Part shown: in pieces, positions 11,971-25,078 of the stretch | Layout of the letters: every line of letters starts with the position of its first letter | Numbering within the stretch: position 1 is the stretch's first letter | Assembly: GCF_001194135.2 (NCBI RefSeq) | Contig: NC_068989.1 | Location: forward strand, 88,724,252 to 88,788,251 | Reading direction: 5' to 3' | DNA: 64,000 bases | Source: Octopus bimaculoides | Taxonomy: Eukaryota | Notes under the pieces: model-generated | What the model saw: only the letters and a program-made list of their open reading frames with translations | Databases searched by the model: none | Told to the model about the DNA's origin: nothing | Translations under genes and position numbers: made by a program

Positions 11971-13595
11971 ATCACCATCATATAAATGATGTTATTTGTT
12001 TCCAGTCATCCATGAAAAGCATGTCCAGCCAAGGAAAACTATTACTTTGCTTGGAATATAGTGCTAATAACTTGTTGTTAAAAGTAACCTTACAAGAGAC
12101 ATTTACTGAGTTGAAGACCCGTGGCGTGTCTCTAAAAACTATCAGCCGAAACGTTGTGTTAACAACAAACAAGATGAAGACAAATATCCGTCAAATGTAA
12201 ATACTTTACGGTATGTGTTACGTCCTCTCCACTCTGAGATTAAATCTCACCGAGGTGAAAGTACCAGTCCAGAGTGGTGGAATGGATGAGATACCTTGGA
12301 TTCAATCCAGTTCTTGGGTAGCAAATTTAATCACTCACCCAGTTTAACACCACCATCTGGTTATTGGGTGCCTGTTAGAAGCATTTGGATCTGATCTCTC
12401 TGGTTTTAGGATGACATCTTCCAACCAGTCTTATAGGACCTGAAAAAAAATAAAATAAAAAGTTTACCCTCTCTGGTGATTAAGTTTTTCAGGAGGAGGG
12501 TCAAAGTGTTTTCATTGCCCCCTATTTTAGTGGGTATATCTACACCCACTGCACCTGAACCATTGTATTCTCCAGCATGTAGGTCAACAAAATATATAGT
12601 GTAACCATTCAAAGCATCGTCATTATCTTTCCAAATCCTGCTGCTTTTCACATGGATTTTTGGGTCCTTCAAAAAAGCTTTGATGTAGAATTCGACCTAC
12701 CTTTTCTTTAGGTTATAAATTTTGTAAAATTGAACTTGTATGCCGGACAATACCAAAATTGGTAAAAAGAAATGTAAGATTGTTTCTTCTCTTCAGGGAA
12801 ATAAGAAATGCATGATTGTAAAGAAAATTTAGTAAACACAGGTTAATCACAAAAATTGTACCAGCTTTGCATTGGGGTCAGATTCCCTAAATAAAACAGG
12901 TCAAAATCTACCTGCTGTAAGAGAGAGATACAAGTTAATATGTCCCTCCTTCACCTGCCTTCTTGTGTTAACCTTTCATTCTTTAATCTTTTAGCATTCA
13001 GATTACTCTGTCCAATGCAATGCTTATTTATTCACAGTGTTTTCAATTAATCATGCTTTTGCTGATATCTTCATGATTTCAATGATGTGATTGTTTATTT
13101 TTAGAATGACATTGTAGAGTAGGTTTGATAGGCAGGATCTGGCTAGTTTGAACATAAAGCAGGTAGAATATTTTGGCCTGATGTGGCTGGTTAAAACATT
13201 AATATATTAAACTACTGTCTCTTGGAATCCTTTGTACTTGTAACATGTTCCCATTTGGTTAGTCCCTTCCAATATATTCCCTCTTTGGGCCACTGTTCCA
13301 ATCATTCTCTTTCTCCCTTCTTGTGTCTCAGTCACTGCTTTTCTTCTGATCTACCATCACCTCTCCCTGGGTTACACAATCATGTGAGGTGTCACGTTCC
13401 TACACACTCCATGGAAATGGCCTTATTGCTGACACACCATACTAGTTTTCACCTATGGTGTCCTTTCAGGTACCAAACTATTATCCTATCACCTAACCCT
13501 GACACATCTAAACTTTTCTAACAGTGATGACATCATTAACAATAAGTCACCTGACCTATGTGAATTTCTAATCATGATAACACTGTCAGAGTTGA

Positions 13596-14346
13596 GGTTG
13601 ATCTTTACCTTAAACTCAAGTCAGGTTCCTCACCTGGGGTTCTTCAAGCACTTACTCAGTCTGATGCATAAAAGTTCAAAGCCTTTGTCAAATGCAGTCT
13701 GTATATCAATTTTTCGTGATGGTTTCTACTAAAATGAGACCACACAGCTATCTCTGTATTGCTCTTAATTTTCAAAATAATGGAGAATTTCAATTGAAAT
13801 TCTGAAATATGACTAGAATTCCGTTTAGTCATGATTATAGTCACAGACATGGCTGTGTGGTCAAGAAACTTGCTTCCCAACTATGTGATCAAGGGTTTGG
13901 GCCAGTGTGACAGCTTGGGCAAGTATCTGCTATAACCATGGGTCTATGAAAGACTTGAATGGATATGGTAGAGAGAAACCAAAAATATCCCATTGTGTGT
14001 GAGTATGTATCTATATATATTCTTTTATATATATATATTCTTTTATATATATATATTCTTTTATATATATATATTCTTTTATTGGTTTCAGTCATTTGAC
14101 TGTGTCCATGCTGGGGCACTGCCTTTAGTTGAACAAATTAACTTCACTATTATTGTTTCATCATCCCCAAAGGATGAAAGCAAAGTCAATGACAGATGAA
14201 ATGCCACAAAGTATTTTGCCCAGCATTCTAACAGTTCTACCAGACTGCATTTGACAAAGGCTTTGAACTTTTATGCATCAGACTGAGTAAGTGCTTGAAG
14301 AACCCCAGGTGAGGAACCTGACTTGAGTTTAAGGTAAAGATCAACC
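13596..14346. repeat. Perfect 106-bp inverted duplication (13596-13701 / 14241-14346)
   Basis: Read base by base: ggttgatctttacc...aatgcagtctg versus cagactgcatt...ggtaaagatcaacc. Confidence 0.95.
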
Positions 14347-14803
14347 GGACCCCCTCCCCCATCCCAGAATCATTGGAATTTTTTTTTTTTTTTCCATTGA
14401 CTGAATTCCAGTGACCTTAATATGGTACAAAACCCTTTTTGGGTCCGGGAAACGGGGTGGGGGTGGGGTGGAGCCCTTGGAAATTTTACCCCCACCCCCA
14501 TTTTCAAATATTTTTCTCTATTTCTTTTTTTACCCATAATTCTAGATAACATTTTGCAGAAATATGTTTGTGAGAGAGTGTGGATTACATTAGATGGAAA
14601 ATTCAAAGACGTTTGAAATGAATAAGTGAAGATAAAGAGGTTATAGAAGTTACCCCACACCCCTACCCCTTTTTTTTCCCAAACCAAAATAAGGGATTTG
14701 CAGCATATTAAGAGGTCAGGGTACTTGATTCCATGCAAAAAATCAGAGGTTTTTTTTTTTTCTTAGTGAAAATCGTGCAGGTGAAAGGATCAAAATTTAC
14801 CCT
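14343..14803 (+). repeat. Direct duplicate of 11141-11596 (partial copy of the TIR element)
   Basis: Both non-N flanks of the 11193-11530 gap match exactly, apart from poly-T length. Spans are 461 vs 456 bp. Confidence 0.9.
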
Positions 14804-16004
14804 TTAAGAATGATTTTGAATTGTGGCACAAGGCCAGCAATTTCGGAGGAGATTGCTAAGTCAGTTGCATGAACCCCTGTGTTCAACTGGTACTTAATTT
14901 ATTGACCCTGGAGGACAAAGTCAGCTGTGGTGGCATTTGAACTCAGGGTGTAAAGTTAGAAGAAATGCCTCTAAGCATTTTGTCTGGCACGGTAACACTT
15001 CTGCCAGCTCACCCATTAATAATAATAGTGATAATGATAATAATAATAATAATAATAATAATAATCCTTTCTGCTATAGACACATAGTTTGAAATTTTAC
15101 GGGAGGAGACTAGTTGACAACATCAACCCCAGTTTTTCACTGGTTCTTAGTTTATCGACCCCGAACGGATGAAAGGCAAATACGACCTTGGTGGCATTTG
15201 AACCCAGAACATAAAGGCAGATGAAATGCCACTAAGCATTTTGCCTGGCATTCTAATGATTCTGCCAGCTCACTGCCTTAATAATAATCCTTTCTACTAT
15301 AGACACAAGGACTGAAATTTTGGGGGAGGGGGATTGTCAATTACATCGACCCTGGTACGTAACTGGTACTTAATTTATCGATCCCAAAAGGATGAAAGTC
15401 AAAATCGATCTGAGCGGAATTTGAATTCAGAACGTAAAGACAGACGAAATGCCGCTAAGCCTTTAGCCCTGCGTGCTAACAACTCTGCCAGCTCGCCATC
15501 TCAATAATAATAATAATAATAATGGTTTTTAATTCAGGCATAAGGTTAGCATTTTTGTGGGGAGGGGAGGGGTTAGTTGAAACCCTAATACTGGGCTGGA
15601 CTGGTCTGGTACTTTGTTATTGACCTCAAAAGAATGAAAGACAGTGTTGACCGTGCCAGAATTTGAACCGAGAACACAGGAAATACCACAAGGCATTTAT
15701 TTTGTCAAATGCTCTGTTTCTCTCAATCAACCACTATTAATAATAGTAATAATTCTTTCTACTAAAGGCACAAGGCCTGAAATTTGAGGGGAGGGGACCA
15801 GTCGATTATATCAACCCAGTGCATAATTGTTTCAAATTTTGGCACAAGGCCAGCAAGTTTAAGGGTGGGGTTAAGTTGATTACATTGACTCCCAGTGCAC
15901 AACTGGTACTTATTTTGCCAACCTCAGCAGAATTTGAACTCAGAATGTGAAGATGGACTAAGCTCTTTGTCTGGCCTGCTAACAATTCTGCCTTCAAGCA
16001 CCTT

Positions 16005-16005
<1 letters not shown>
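14804..16005 (-). mobile_element. Tandem array of about 6 SINE B copies, all minus strand
   Basis: Repeated units (tcctttctact..ggcacaagg / tttcaaattttggcacaaggccagc)...gaatttgaactcagaa...gattctgccagctc, separated by (AAT)n. Confidence 0.85.
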
Positions 16006-16035
<30 letters not shown>

Positions 16036-17639
16036 ATGATCCAGCCAATCCACCGTCTTTATTGATACTGGTGGTGATGTTAATAATAATAATAATGATG
16101 ATTTCTTTATTAACCATTAAGTGTTTACAAGCAGATCAGGGATGGTACAGGACAATAAACTATATGATGTGGGCTTACGTGAAAGCCATGTAAACAGTAA
16201 AATAACAAAAAAAAAAATTATCAAAAAGTAGAAGTGACTTCTAGGGGCTGCTTTAGTGGTCATTCTGACTACTGGAGCAAGTACCTGCTCTTCATCCTCA
16301 TCCTCCATCAATCAATAGATTAATGCTTAGACCAGGCCTGTTTGCTTGAACCATCCATGCCACATTACCCCACTTTTCAATGATTTTGCTGGAAAGCAAC
16401 ACTTTCCTTTTTACTCTCACTTTTTAAGTGAAACTTGAAAAACTGATGTAGGCTTGGCCAGTGAGAAATGTGACTGTCTTCAGCTCTTTCAATCTGGTCC
16501 ACCACACAACCTCTTTTGCTAAGGCTACCAAACAGATAAACACTGCCCGTTTGTCCCTGTCAAAGGTAGGTGGCTAGACGAAATGATAATTTCCATATAA
16601 GGAATGTCACAAGTTTATTGGTTGCATCAAGTCACCTGGTGCTTATTTCATCAACCTCAGAAAGCTGACAAGCAAATCACCTCTGGCCAGAGTTGGTCCC
16701 AGAAATGTAAGTCAATGAAATGGCTGCACCAGTGCACTTGATTAACACCTGTCACATTGTAATTAAGTGAACTAGATCATAAGTGCTAATATTGCCATGG
16801 TAACCTAGTGACTGAATCATGGTCATAATAGCATCACTGTGGTAACCTGCTTGGCTTTTTTAAAGTAGCACAATGATGGTGATGGAGATGAACTGTAAAG
16901 CTTTCATACATCATATCAGAGCTCCCCCCACTCGCAATTGCTGCGTTCCTCTAAGCAGATTTAACAGAAAGACCAACCCAAATTGCCTATTTAACTCTTC
17001 TTACAACTGTTATCCCAAAGTGGTCTGGTGAAAGAGGTCATTAAGTACAAAGGGATCGTATAGGTGGTGATCCCCACTAATCTGTTACCTCTACTGCAGT
17101 CTTCAGTACTTGACACTATCTTCTATTCTCTGGACCTTACTAACAGTTCCAATCTCAGCCTCTCAGATCCTCTGCTAGTCTTTGTTTTCTACCCTTTTCC
17201 TTCAGAACTACTTTTGTCTGGAAAATCTTTATTGTAATTGTTGTTCATGTTTCCTCAAGGTCTTCATACCATTTCTTTCACACGAAACAGAGGGTGCTTT
17301 ATCAGTGCTACGTTGTGTGCTCTAAGACATGAAGAGGTGAAACCTATTCAATTGGTCCAGGTAATAGAAGCGTAACATAGTAACAAAGCTGCAATTGAAT
17401 TTTTGACAGATCTAGACTCGGTCCCAAGCAAATACATACAGCTTTCCAGTTGCTCTTTGCTCAACTGTTTAGGGTAAGGGCTAGATCAGAGGTGAAAATA
17501 GACTTTAGTGCATACCTTTCACTCTCTAATGTGGCTCCAAGTACAAAAAGTGGAGTGCTACAATAAAACCTACTCTCACTTGAGCCTGAGATACAAGTGG
17601 TTATGTGAGGGGCCAATCTGCTGGTTTAGCTGGACTTGA

Positions 17640-18290
17640 ACTTTCGTCCTTTTGGGGTTGACGTAACTGACTAGCCCCTCTACTAAAAATCACTGACCTT
17701 GTATCTAAATCAAAAATTATTATTATTATTATTAAATGCTGCTGAGGTCTACTCTATCTTTCATCCTTTCAGGGTCGATAAAATAAGTAGCAGTTGAAGA
17801 CTGGAGTTGATGTAATCGACTTATGCCTGAACATGTAGGCCTTTTGCCAAAATTTTAAATCATTATTATTATTAGTAGTAGTAGTAGTAGTAATAGTAGT
17901 AAGGTGGCAAGCAGGCAGAATCGTTAGCACGCATGGCAAAATACCTGGCAGTATTTTGTCCGTCTTTAAATTCTGTGTTCAAATTCCACTGAGGTCAACT
18001 TTGCTTTCATCTTTTCGGGGTTGATGAAATAAGTACCAGTTATACACTGGGGTCAATGTAATTGATTAGTCCCCTCCTTGAAATTTCAGGCCTTGTGCCT
18101 ATTCTATAAAGGATTATTATTATTATTAGTAGTAGTAGTAGTAGTATAAGAATAATAATGGTTGTGAGTTAGCAGAATTGTTAGGGTGTCAGAACAATGC
18201 TTTCTTGTATTCATTCTGGCTCTTTACATTCCGAGTTCAATTCCCATGAGGATCATCTGTCTTTTGCTCTTTCAAGGTTGATAAGATAAA
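17640..18290 (+). mobile_element. Array of 3-4 SINE B copies, plus strand
   Basis: Best copy about 17900-18115, with (ATT)/(AGT)n spacers. Confidence 0.8.
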
Positions 18291-18354
18291 ATATCACTCA
18301 AGTTCAAGTTAAAGTATCACACTGCATTTAGTTGAGCAAATTGACCCCTAGACT

Positions 18355-18635
18355 TATTCTTTGTAAGCCTAGTACTTATTCTATCGGTCTCTTTTGCTGA
18401 ACTGCTAAGTTACAGGGATGTAAACACACCAGCATCAGTTGTCAAGTGATGGTGGAGGAACAAAACATGCACACACACACATATATGACAGGTTTCTTTC
18501 AATTTCCATCTATCAAATCCACTCACGAGGCTTTGGTCGGCCCGAGGCTATAGCAGAAGACACTTGCCCAAGGTACTACGCAGTGGGACTGAACCCGGAG
18601 CCATGTGGTTGGTAAGCAAACTTCTTACCACACAG
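18355..18635 (-). mobile_element. SINE family A
   Basis: Close match to the reverse complement of 25079-25464. Confidence 0.85.
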
Positions 18636-18891
18636 CCTCTCCATAACCTGCTGACTGCTCGTTCATAATTTCCCCTTCTATTTTCTTCTATCCACTCTGG
18701 CTCATTCAGTCTTGCTCCGTTTTTAGTCTTTTCCCTTTCTATTTACATTTGTCTTTTCTTCCTCTCTCTCTTCTCTGCATAATATCTCTTTCCCCTTCTC
18801 TCTCACTCTCTCTCAATTTAATCAACTGTGCCCATCTCACAAAGTATGTAGCTTTGTGCCAATGCTAGAAACCGTGATTATTATTATTATT

Positions 18892-19320
18892 GCCTTTGCA
18901 CAGCTTCTAACACTGGAGATGTACTACAGTGTCAGCTGTTCACTACCAGTGAACTAAGGTAACACCTCTTATTTTTCAAGCACCTTCCGGAGTATTCGAG
19001 TGGTTCCAAGCAGTGCTGTTTTCTGCAAGTGCTCCACCCTTATTGCAGTCCCATTTGTTCCACGTACTTCTTGAGATTTTTGCTCACTGCTCCCTGGGCT
19101 CCGACAATTATTGATACTACTGCTACTTTTTTCATCGACCACAACTGCTTAACCTCCCAAGCTAACCTGTCATAGCTATCGACTTTTCTTTCTTCCTTAT
19201 CGCATACCTTGTCAGCTGGGCATGCTATATCTATAATCCAGCATAGTTTGTTTTCTTTCTCAATTAAGACTATGTCTGGCTTCCTATTCTCTATCTCATG
19301 GTCGCACTAAATCGTAAAAT
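18892..19320 (-). mobile_element. R4/Dong-clade non-LTR retrotransposon 3' end (restriction-like endonuclease domain)
   Basis: Minus strand: CDHEIENRKPDIVLIEKENKLCWIIDIACPA...KVDSYDRLAWEVKQLWSMKKVAVVSIIVGAQG...EHLQKTALLGTTRILRKVLEK* (stop 18969-18971). This is a PD-(D/E)xK REL pattern, followed by a short UTR and an (AAT)n tail. Confidence 0.85.
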
Positions 19321-19952
19321 CAGCATCATCATCATCATCATCATTATTATTATTACAATTATTATTTACAAATTTGTTTCTTCTTCTGTGTATGAATTAT
19401 TTGAAGCATGCTGTTTTCAGTTGGATGGCCATCCTGTCTCTGACTTGCCTATCATAAAATAACAGTATTACCTGCACAACTTTATATTTACACTGATAAT
19501 CATTTTTTTTTTTTCTCTCAAGGATCAAATTCTGTAGGAAGTATCTCTTCTGGTGACCATGCCCTCCACTGATGACTTTTGCTACATATAATTGTGTGTT
19601 TAGTGAGTGTTCAGTTCAGTTTAAGGATGTAAGGACGTGCTTTGTGTGTTGTAGACAAAATATTTGCATGCCTTTTGTTCAGTGAAGCGGTTGTGGATTA
19701 GAAACCTCATTCAGTTGACATGTTTTTCTTTTACTGATTTACATCCATTTTGTGTGCTTGTATGAGTGAGATGAATTGAGTTATTTGTGAGAGGAATATG
19801 CTTTTAAAGTTGGACGATGGTCTCCCATCACTTGGAACTGGACTTGTCAGTTTCTGCCTCATCCGTGGTTATGACTGCTAAAAATATGAACTTAAGACCA
19901 CAAGGTCAATAGTTCAGCAACCATTGTGTCTTATTAATATTTACTTCATTAA

Positions 19953-20174
19953 CCCTTTCGTTACTGTATTTCTGTTGAGATGCTCTGTGTTTCTTTCAAT
20001 TGATTTTAAATATAATAAAGAATTTAGTAAAATACCTTAGTTATCATTCAGCTAGTGTTAGGAACATAAATTGTGACTAAGGTTTGGTGGAAGATTTTAA
20101 TTCAGAACTTATGAAAACAAGACATTTGTACTACAGAGCCAGGGGCGGTTTCAGCCGGGTTGGTAATGAAAGGG
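19953..20174. mobile_element. piggyBac-type MITE (family P1); inverted, diverged copy at 22104-22318
   Basis: TTAA|ccctttcgttac ... gtaatgaaaggg|TTAA. Confidence 0.85.
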
Positions 20175-21797
20175 TTAAAGATGGCAAACTGGCAGAATCA
20201 TTAGCACAGCAGGTGAAATGCTTAGCAGCATTTCATCCATCTTTACATTCCGAGTTCAAATTCCACCAAGGTCGACTTTGCCTTTCATCCTTTCAGGGTC
20301 AATTAGAAAAGTACCAGTTGTGCATTGGGGTCAATGTAATCAACTTATCCCCTCCCCTAAAATGGCTAGCATTGTGCCAGAATCTGAAACCAATATTTAC
20401 TTCACTAGATTAGCTATTTTATCCTGAATACAAAATACTTCTAGGTGTTAATCTGTAGTTCACTAGAGCTGAAAGGTCTCTGACGACAATAGTAAGGTGT
20501 ATGTACAGACAGGTAATAACTGGGCTTTAGTGTTGCTGTCCTGATTTTGTTACATTTGTGTTTCTTTGTGTCTTTAAAGGGAAACTGATGTCCCTTTCTC
20601 ACTGGTATGAATCAGCTGAGAGAGCAGTTGTTAGAGTATGGTAGGCAATGATGTTTCCCTGTGTTAGGCAAAGTTCGTTCAGTAGAGTTTCCCTCCACAT
20701 TAACAAGACTGGATATGTTTTCATTTTATCACATATCCATGACAACCTGAAGTTTTTACAATAGGTACGAAACCATAGAGATTTTTTTTTCATCTTTTTC
20801 TTGAGTGTGCCCAGACTCTCACATCAGACAGTATTTTTGGAAGTACTTCTTCACTGTAGAATATTGCATTTTTCTCTCCCACTGAAAATAGCTTTATTGA
20901 TTTGAAGATATCGGTTAAGTCTAAATGTTGCCCATCTTGTCTCTATTTTCATTTCTTCATCCAGTCAAACAGTATCTTTGAATATCTTGGGTCACAGATT
21001 TTTGTAGCTCCTGATTTCATGTTTTTTACTGTTGTTGTTGTTACTGTTTTTTTTTTCTTTTTTACTTTGTATTTATTTACTGCTAGGACAATGTCAATTA
21101 CCAGTCTTGTCATTCTTTCCCTGTACAACAAACGTTTCTGTATTTTCTCTTTGTAAACTGGAACAGAACAAAAACTCATCACTTCCAATTCACTTACCCA
21201 CTACATATATACGACCAGCTGCACTATCTTCTGACATTCAGAAGCTATTACCACTTAACATTGTAAAATCCATGTGTTGGAGTCGGGGAAGGGATGACAC
21301 AGATAAAAACTTTGTTGTTTCTACAGTTCTAGGTGCACAAAGCCTTGTAAAAGCTGATGAATGACTTCTTCAAATATAAAAGGTCAGTATCTGTTAACCC
21401 TATCCCCGAAGGCTATGACCAGTCGGCAAAGATTAGCTGGGAGCAGGGCCTGTGGTCTTTTGAAAAAGTGGTACCATTGTATAATATTCCAACTCTGGTG
21501 CACAGGGACAGAGATAAACTTATAATCTAACTTTACCTGTGTCAGTATCTTACTCATCCTTTTAACCCGTGATATTGTAGGTTAGATAGCTCTGCAAATT
21601 TTTGTATACGTAGTTGCTCAGTCTAGTAGATGAATCTCTCTCTGCTGCATTTCAGCAACTAGGTACCTATATAATTTATTCATCTGTTCTCTAGTGTGGC
21701 CAAATCTTCTTCAGCATTATCTTGTTTTCAAAATAGGATCACCTGCATCAACCAATTATGGAGTTGTGTGACAATATAACTGTTTAAGTTGTCTTAA

Positions 21798-21950
21798 CCC
21801 TTGCTGATTCAAATTTTCACTGGTGATGAAAGATGCTAATCATATGCAAATCAATTTGCACAACCTCTTTCTATTGGCCAGTAAAAATATATATGTACTA
21901 TATCAAATGATGTGGAGAATTCTGCAAAGTACCCCATTATCAGAAAGGGG
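21798..21950. mobile_element. piggyBac-type MITE (family P3)
   Basis: TTAA|cccttgctgat ... atcagaaagggg|TTAA; contains an ATGCAAAT octamer. Confidence 0.7.
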
Positions 21951-22479
21951 TTAACTTGGTTCCTAAGTTCCCATGTCTCAAATACACATGCGCAGAACCA
22001 AATATATTCAGATAGTATACACTGTAAGAGTTGATATAGCAGTTCAGGTTACCTTAATATACCAGTCAAATCCCTCAGAAATACAGTCTCCTAACATCTT
22101 TAACCCTTTTGATACCAACCTGAAAGGAGGCCGTCCTTGGTTTTGTAATAGAAACTTCATGCTTTAAAGTGGTCTTAGTTAAAACTTTCTATGAGAAGTT
22201 GGTGTTAATTTATGTTCCAAACACCAGCTTTACAATGACAAAATTATTTTACTAATGTTATTTAAAATCAATTGAAAGAAACAGAGAGCATCTCAAAATA
22301 AATACAGTAACGGAAAGGTTAAGCCTATTGGTTCGCATACCACACCCCTCAATAAAGTAACTGGTTCTCATTTCATCAACCTTGAAAGAGGTAGAAATAT
22401 TTTGAAGTTTACCTCAATGGAATTTGAAATCAAAATTGAATCATTAATCACTAAGGTAAGAGAAAACTAGTCCTGCGGT

Positions 22480-23025
22480 CAGCTGCATGGTTGGCCTCAG
22501 TAGGATTTGAACTCTGAATGTTAAAACTGGGAACTTATACGGCAAAGCATTTTGTCTGATGTTCTAACAATTCTGCCAGTTCACCACCTTAATAATAATA
22601 ATAATAATAATAATAATCCTTTCTACTGAAGGCACAAGGCCTGAAATTTTGGGGAAGTGGGTAAGTTGATTACGTCGACCCCAGCACTCAGCTGGTATTC
22701 ATTTTATCAACCCCAAAAGGATGAAAGGTTTAGTCAACCTCGGTGGAATTTGAACTCAGAACATACAGACAGACAAAATGCTGCTAAGCAGTTTGCCCGA
22801 TGAGCTAACGATTCTGCTAGCTCACCGCCTTGATAATGATAATAATAATAATAGTAATGATTTGAAATTTTGGCATAAGGCCTGCAGTTTTAGGGGAGGA
22901 AATAAATTGATTGCCTTTCATCCTTTTGGGGTCATGTAAAGTTGATCTCAACAGAATTTGAAGGTGGACGAAGTGCTGCTAAGCATTTTGCCCAGCATGG
23001 TAATAATTCTGCTAGCTCACCACCT

Positions 23026-23061
<36 letters not shown>

Positions 23062-24859
23062 GCTGTTTCTAATGAAGGTATAAGACCTGGAATTTGGGAG
23101 AGGGACTAGTCAATTACATAAACCTCAGTCCTTGACTGGTAATTTAATTTATTGACTTCAAAAGGATGAAAGTGTTGAACTTGGGACACAAAGAACCCAA
23201 AGTGCCACTTGACATTTTGTCCAATGGACCTTGTGATTCTGCCAGCTCAAAGCCCTTCAAAATAATTCTTTCTACTATAAGCACAAAGTTTGAAATTTGG
23301 TGGGAGGGTGGCTAGTTGATTACGTCAACTCCCAGTGCTTGACTGGTATTATTTCATGGGTCCTGAATAGATGAAAGGCAAAGGTTGACGGCAGAATTTG
23401 AACTCGGAACTTAAAGACAGGCCAAATGTCGCTAAGCATTTTATCCTGCATGCTAACAATTTTTGTTAGTTCACTGTCTTAAATGGTTTCAGATCTTGGC
23501 ACAAGACTAGTAATTTTCGGGCAAGGGGGGTGGGTTGATTACATTTACCCCAGTACTCAGTACTTATTTTATCAACTCTGAGGGGATAAAAAGGCCAAGT
23601 TAACTATGGATTTGAACTCAGAACAAAGAGCAGGAAAAAATACCTCTAAGCATTTGTCTGATGCTTTAATGGTTCTGCCAGCTTTTGCTGTGAATAATTA
23701 TGATGATAATAAGGGGTTTGAATTTTGGCACAAGTCCAGCAATTTTTAGGGAGGAGGTAAGTTGATAGCATTGACCCCCAGTATTTGACTGGTACTTAAT
23801 CCCTGGAAGGATGAAAGGCAAAGTTGAGCTCATTGAATTTGAACTTAGAAGATTAAGAGCCAATATAAATGCCTCTTTGCATTCTACCCAACATGTTAAT
23901 AATTCTGCCCGCTAAGGCAGAAACGTTAGCACGCCAGACTAAATACTTGGTGGTATTTCATCTGTATTTACGTTCTGAGTTCAAATTCCTCCGAGGCCGA
24001 CTTTGCTTTCATCCTTTTGGGGTTGATAGATTAAGTACCAGTTGCGTACTGAGGTCGATCTAATCGACAGGCCCCATCCCCAAAAATTTCGGGCTTTGTA
24101 CCTAGAGTAGAAAAGAATAATTCTGCCAGCTCAACACTTCAATAATTATAGGAACCGTTTCTGCTACTGGTACAAGTCCCAAATTTTTGGATAAAAGGGG
24201 CTAGTCAATTACATCGACCTTAGTACTTAACTGGTACTAATTTTAGCGACCCTGAAATGATGAAAGGCGAAGTTGACCTTGGTAGGGTTTGAACTCAGAG
24301 CATAAATGCAGGCAAAATGCTGCTGAGTTTTAATCCAGCATGCCTATGGTTCTGCTGGCTCTGAAATTTTGGGGGGGGTGGGGCAGTTGATTAGATCGAC
24401 CTGCAGTATGCAACTAGTACTTAATTTATCAACCCCAAAAAAGAAAGGCAGAGTTGACCTTGGCAGAATTTGAACTCACAATGTAGCGACTGACAAAATA
24501 CCGTGAAGCATTTTGTCCCGCGTGTTAATGATTCTGCCAGCTCATTGACTTTGCCACATTTAATAATAACAATAATTGTTTAAAATTTTGGTACAGGGCC
24601 AGCAGTTTTTGAGGGGAGGGGGAAGTTTGTTAAATAATAATAATAATATCACTAGTGGTTTCAAATTTTGCCACAAGGCCTGCAGTTTCAGTGGGTGGGA
24701 GTAAGTCGATTAGATTGACCCCAGTGTTCAACTGGCACTTATTTCATTGACCCCAAAAAGATGAAAGGCAAAGTCAAACCATGGCAGAATTTGAACTCAG
24801 AATGTAAAAGACTGAAGAAATTCTTCCAAGCATTTTGCCTGACTTGCAAACGATTGAGC

Positions 24860-24860
<1 letters not shown>
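22480..24860 (-). mobile_element. Large tandem array of about 11 SINE B copies, minus strand, with one plus-strand copy nested at 23914-24115
   Basis: Units of about 200-220 bp joined by (AAT)n. The nested copy is flanked by aataattctgcc(c/a)gct. Confidence 0.85.
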
Positions 24861-24890
<30 letters not shown>

Positions 24891-25078
24891 GTGGTGGTGG
24901 TGATAATTTCTTAACATTGATGCAAGTGTCAAAAAAAAACCCAAATTTGTAGGAGGGAGATATAGTTAATTTACCGAGTCCAGTAAACTTTTTTTTTTTC
25001 CTTATAATTGCAAAACACAAAAGTTGGTTGGATTTGAACTCAGGGTATAGAAGGATGAAACTAAATACTTATATATAT

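Noticed and set aside
17206-17360. Exon-like segment with a good acceptor and CAG|GTAATA donor
   Set aside because: Stops in all three frames, an unrecognised peptide and no supporting neighbours.
18892-19320. R4/Dong element as the driver of the SINE B arrays (Dong targets TAA repeats)
   Set aside because: Its sense tail is (AAT)n whereas the SINE B sense tail is (ATT)n, the opposite strand, and I see no shared 3' sequence.
22480-24860. CRISPR-like repeat-spacer appearance of the SINE arrays and of the 46-bp repeat
   Set aside because: Eukaryotic context, units are SINEs or diverged tandem repeats, there are no unique spacers and no cas genes.
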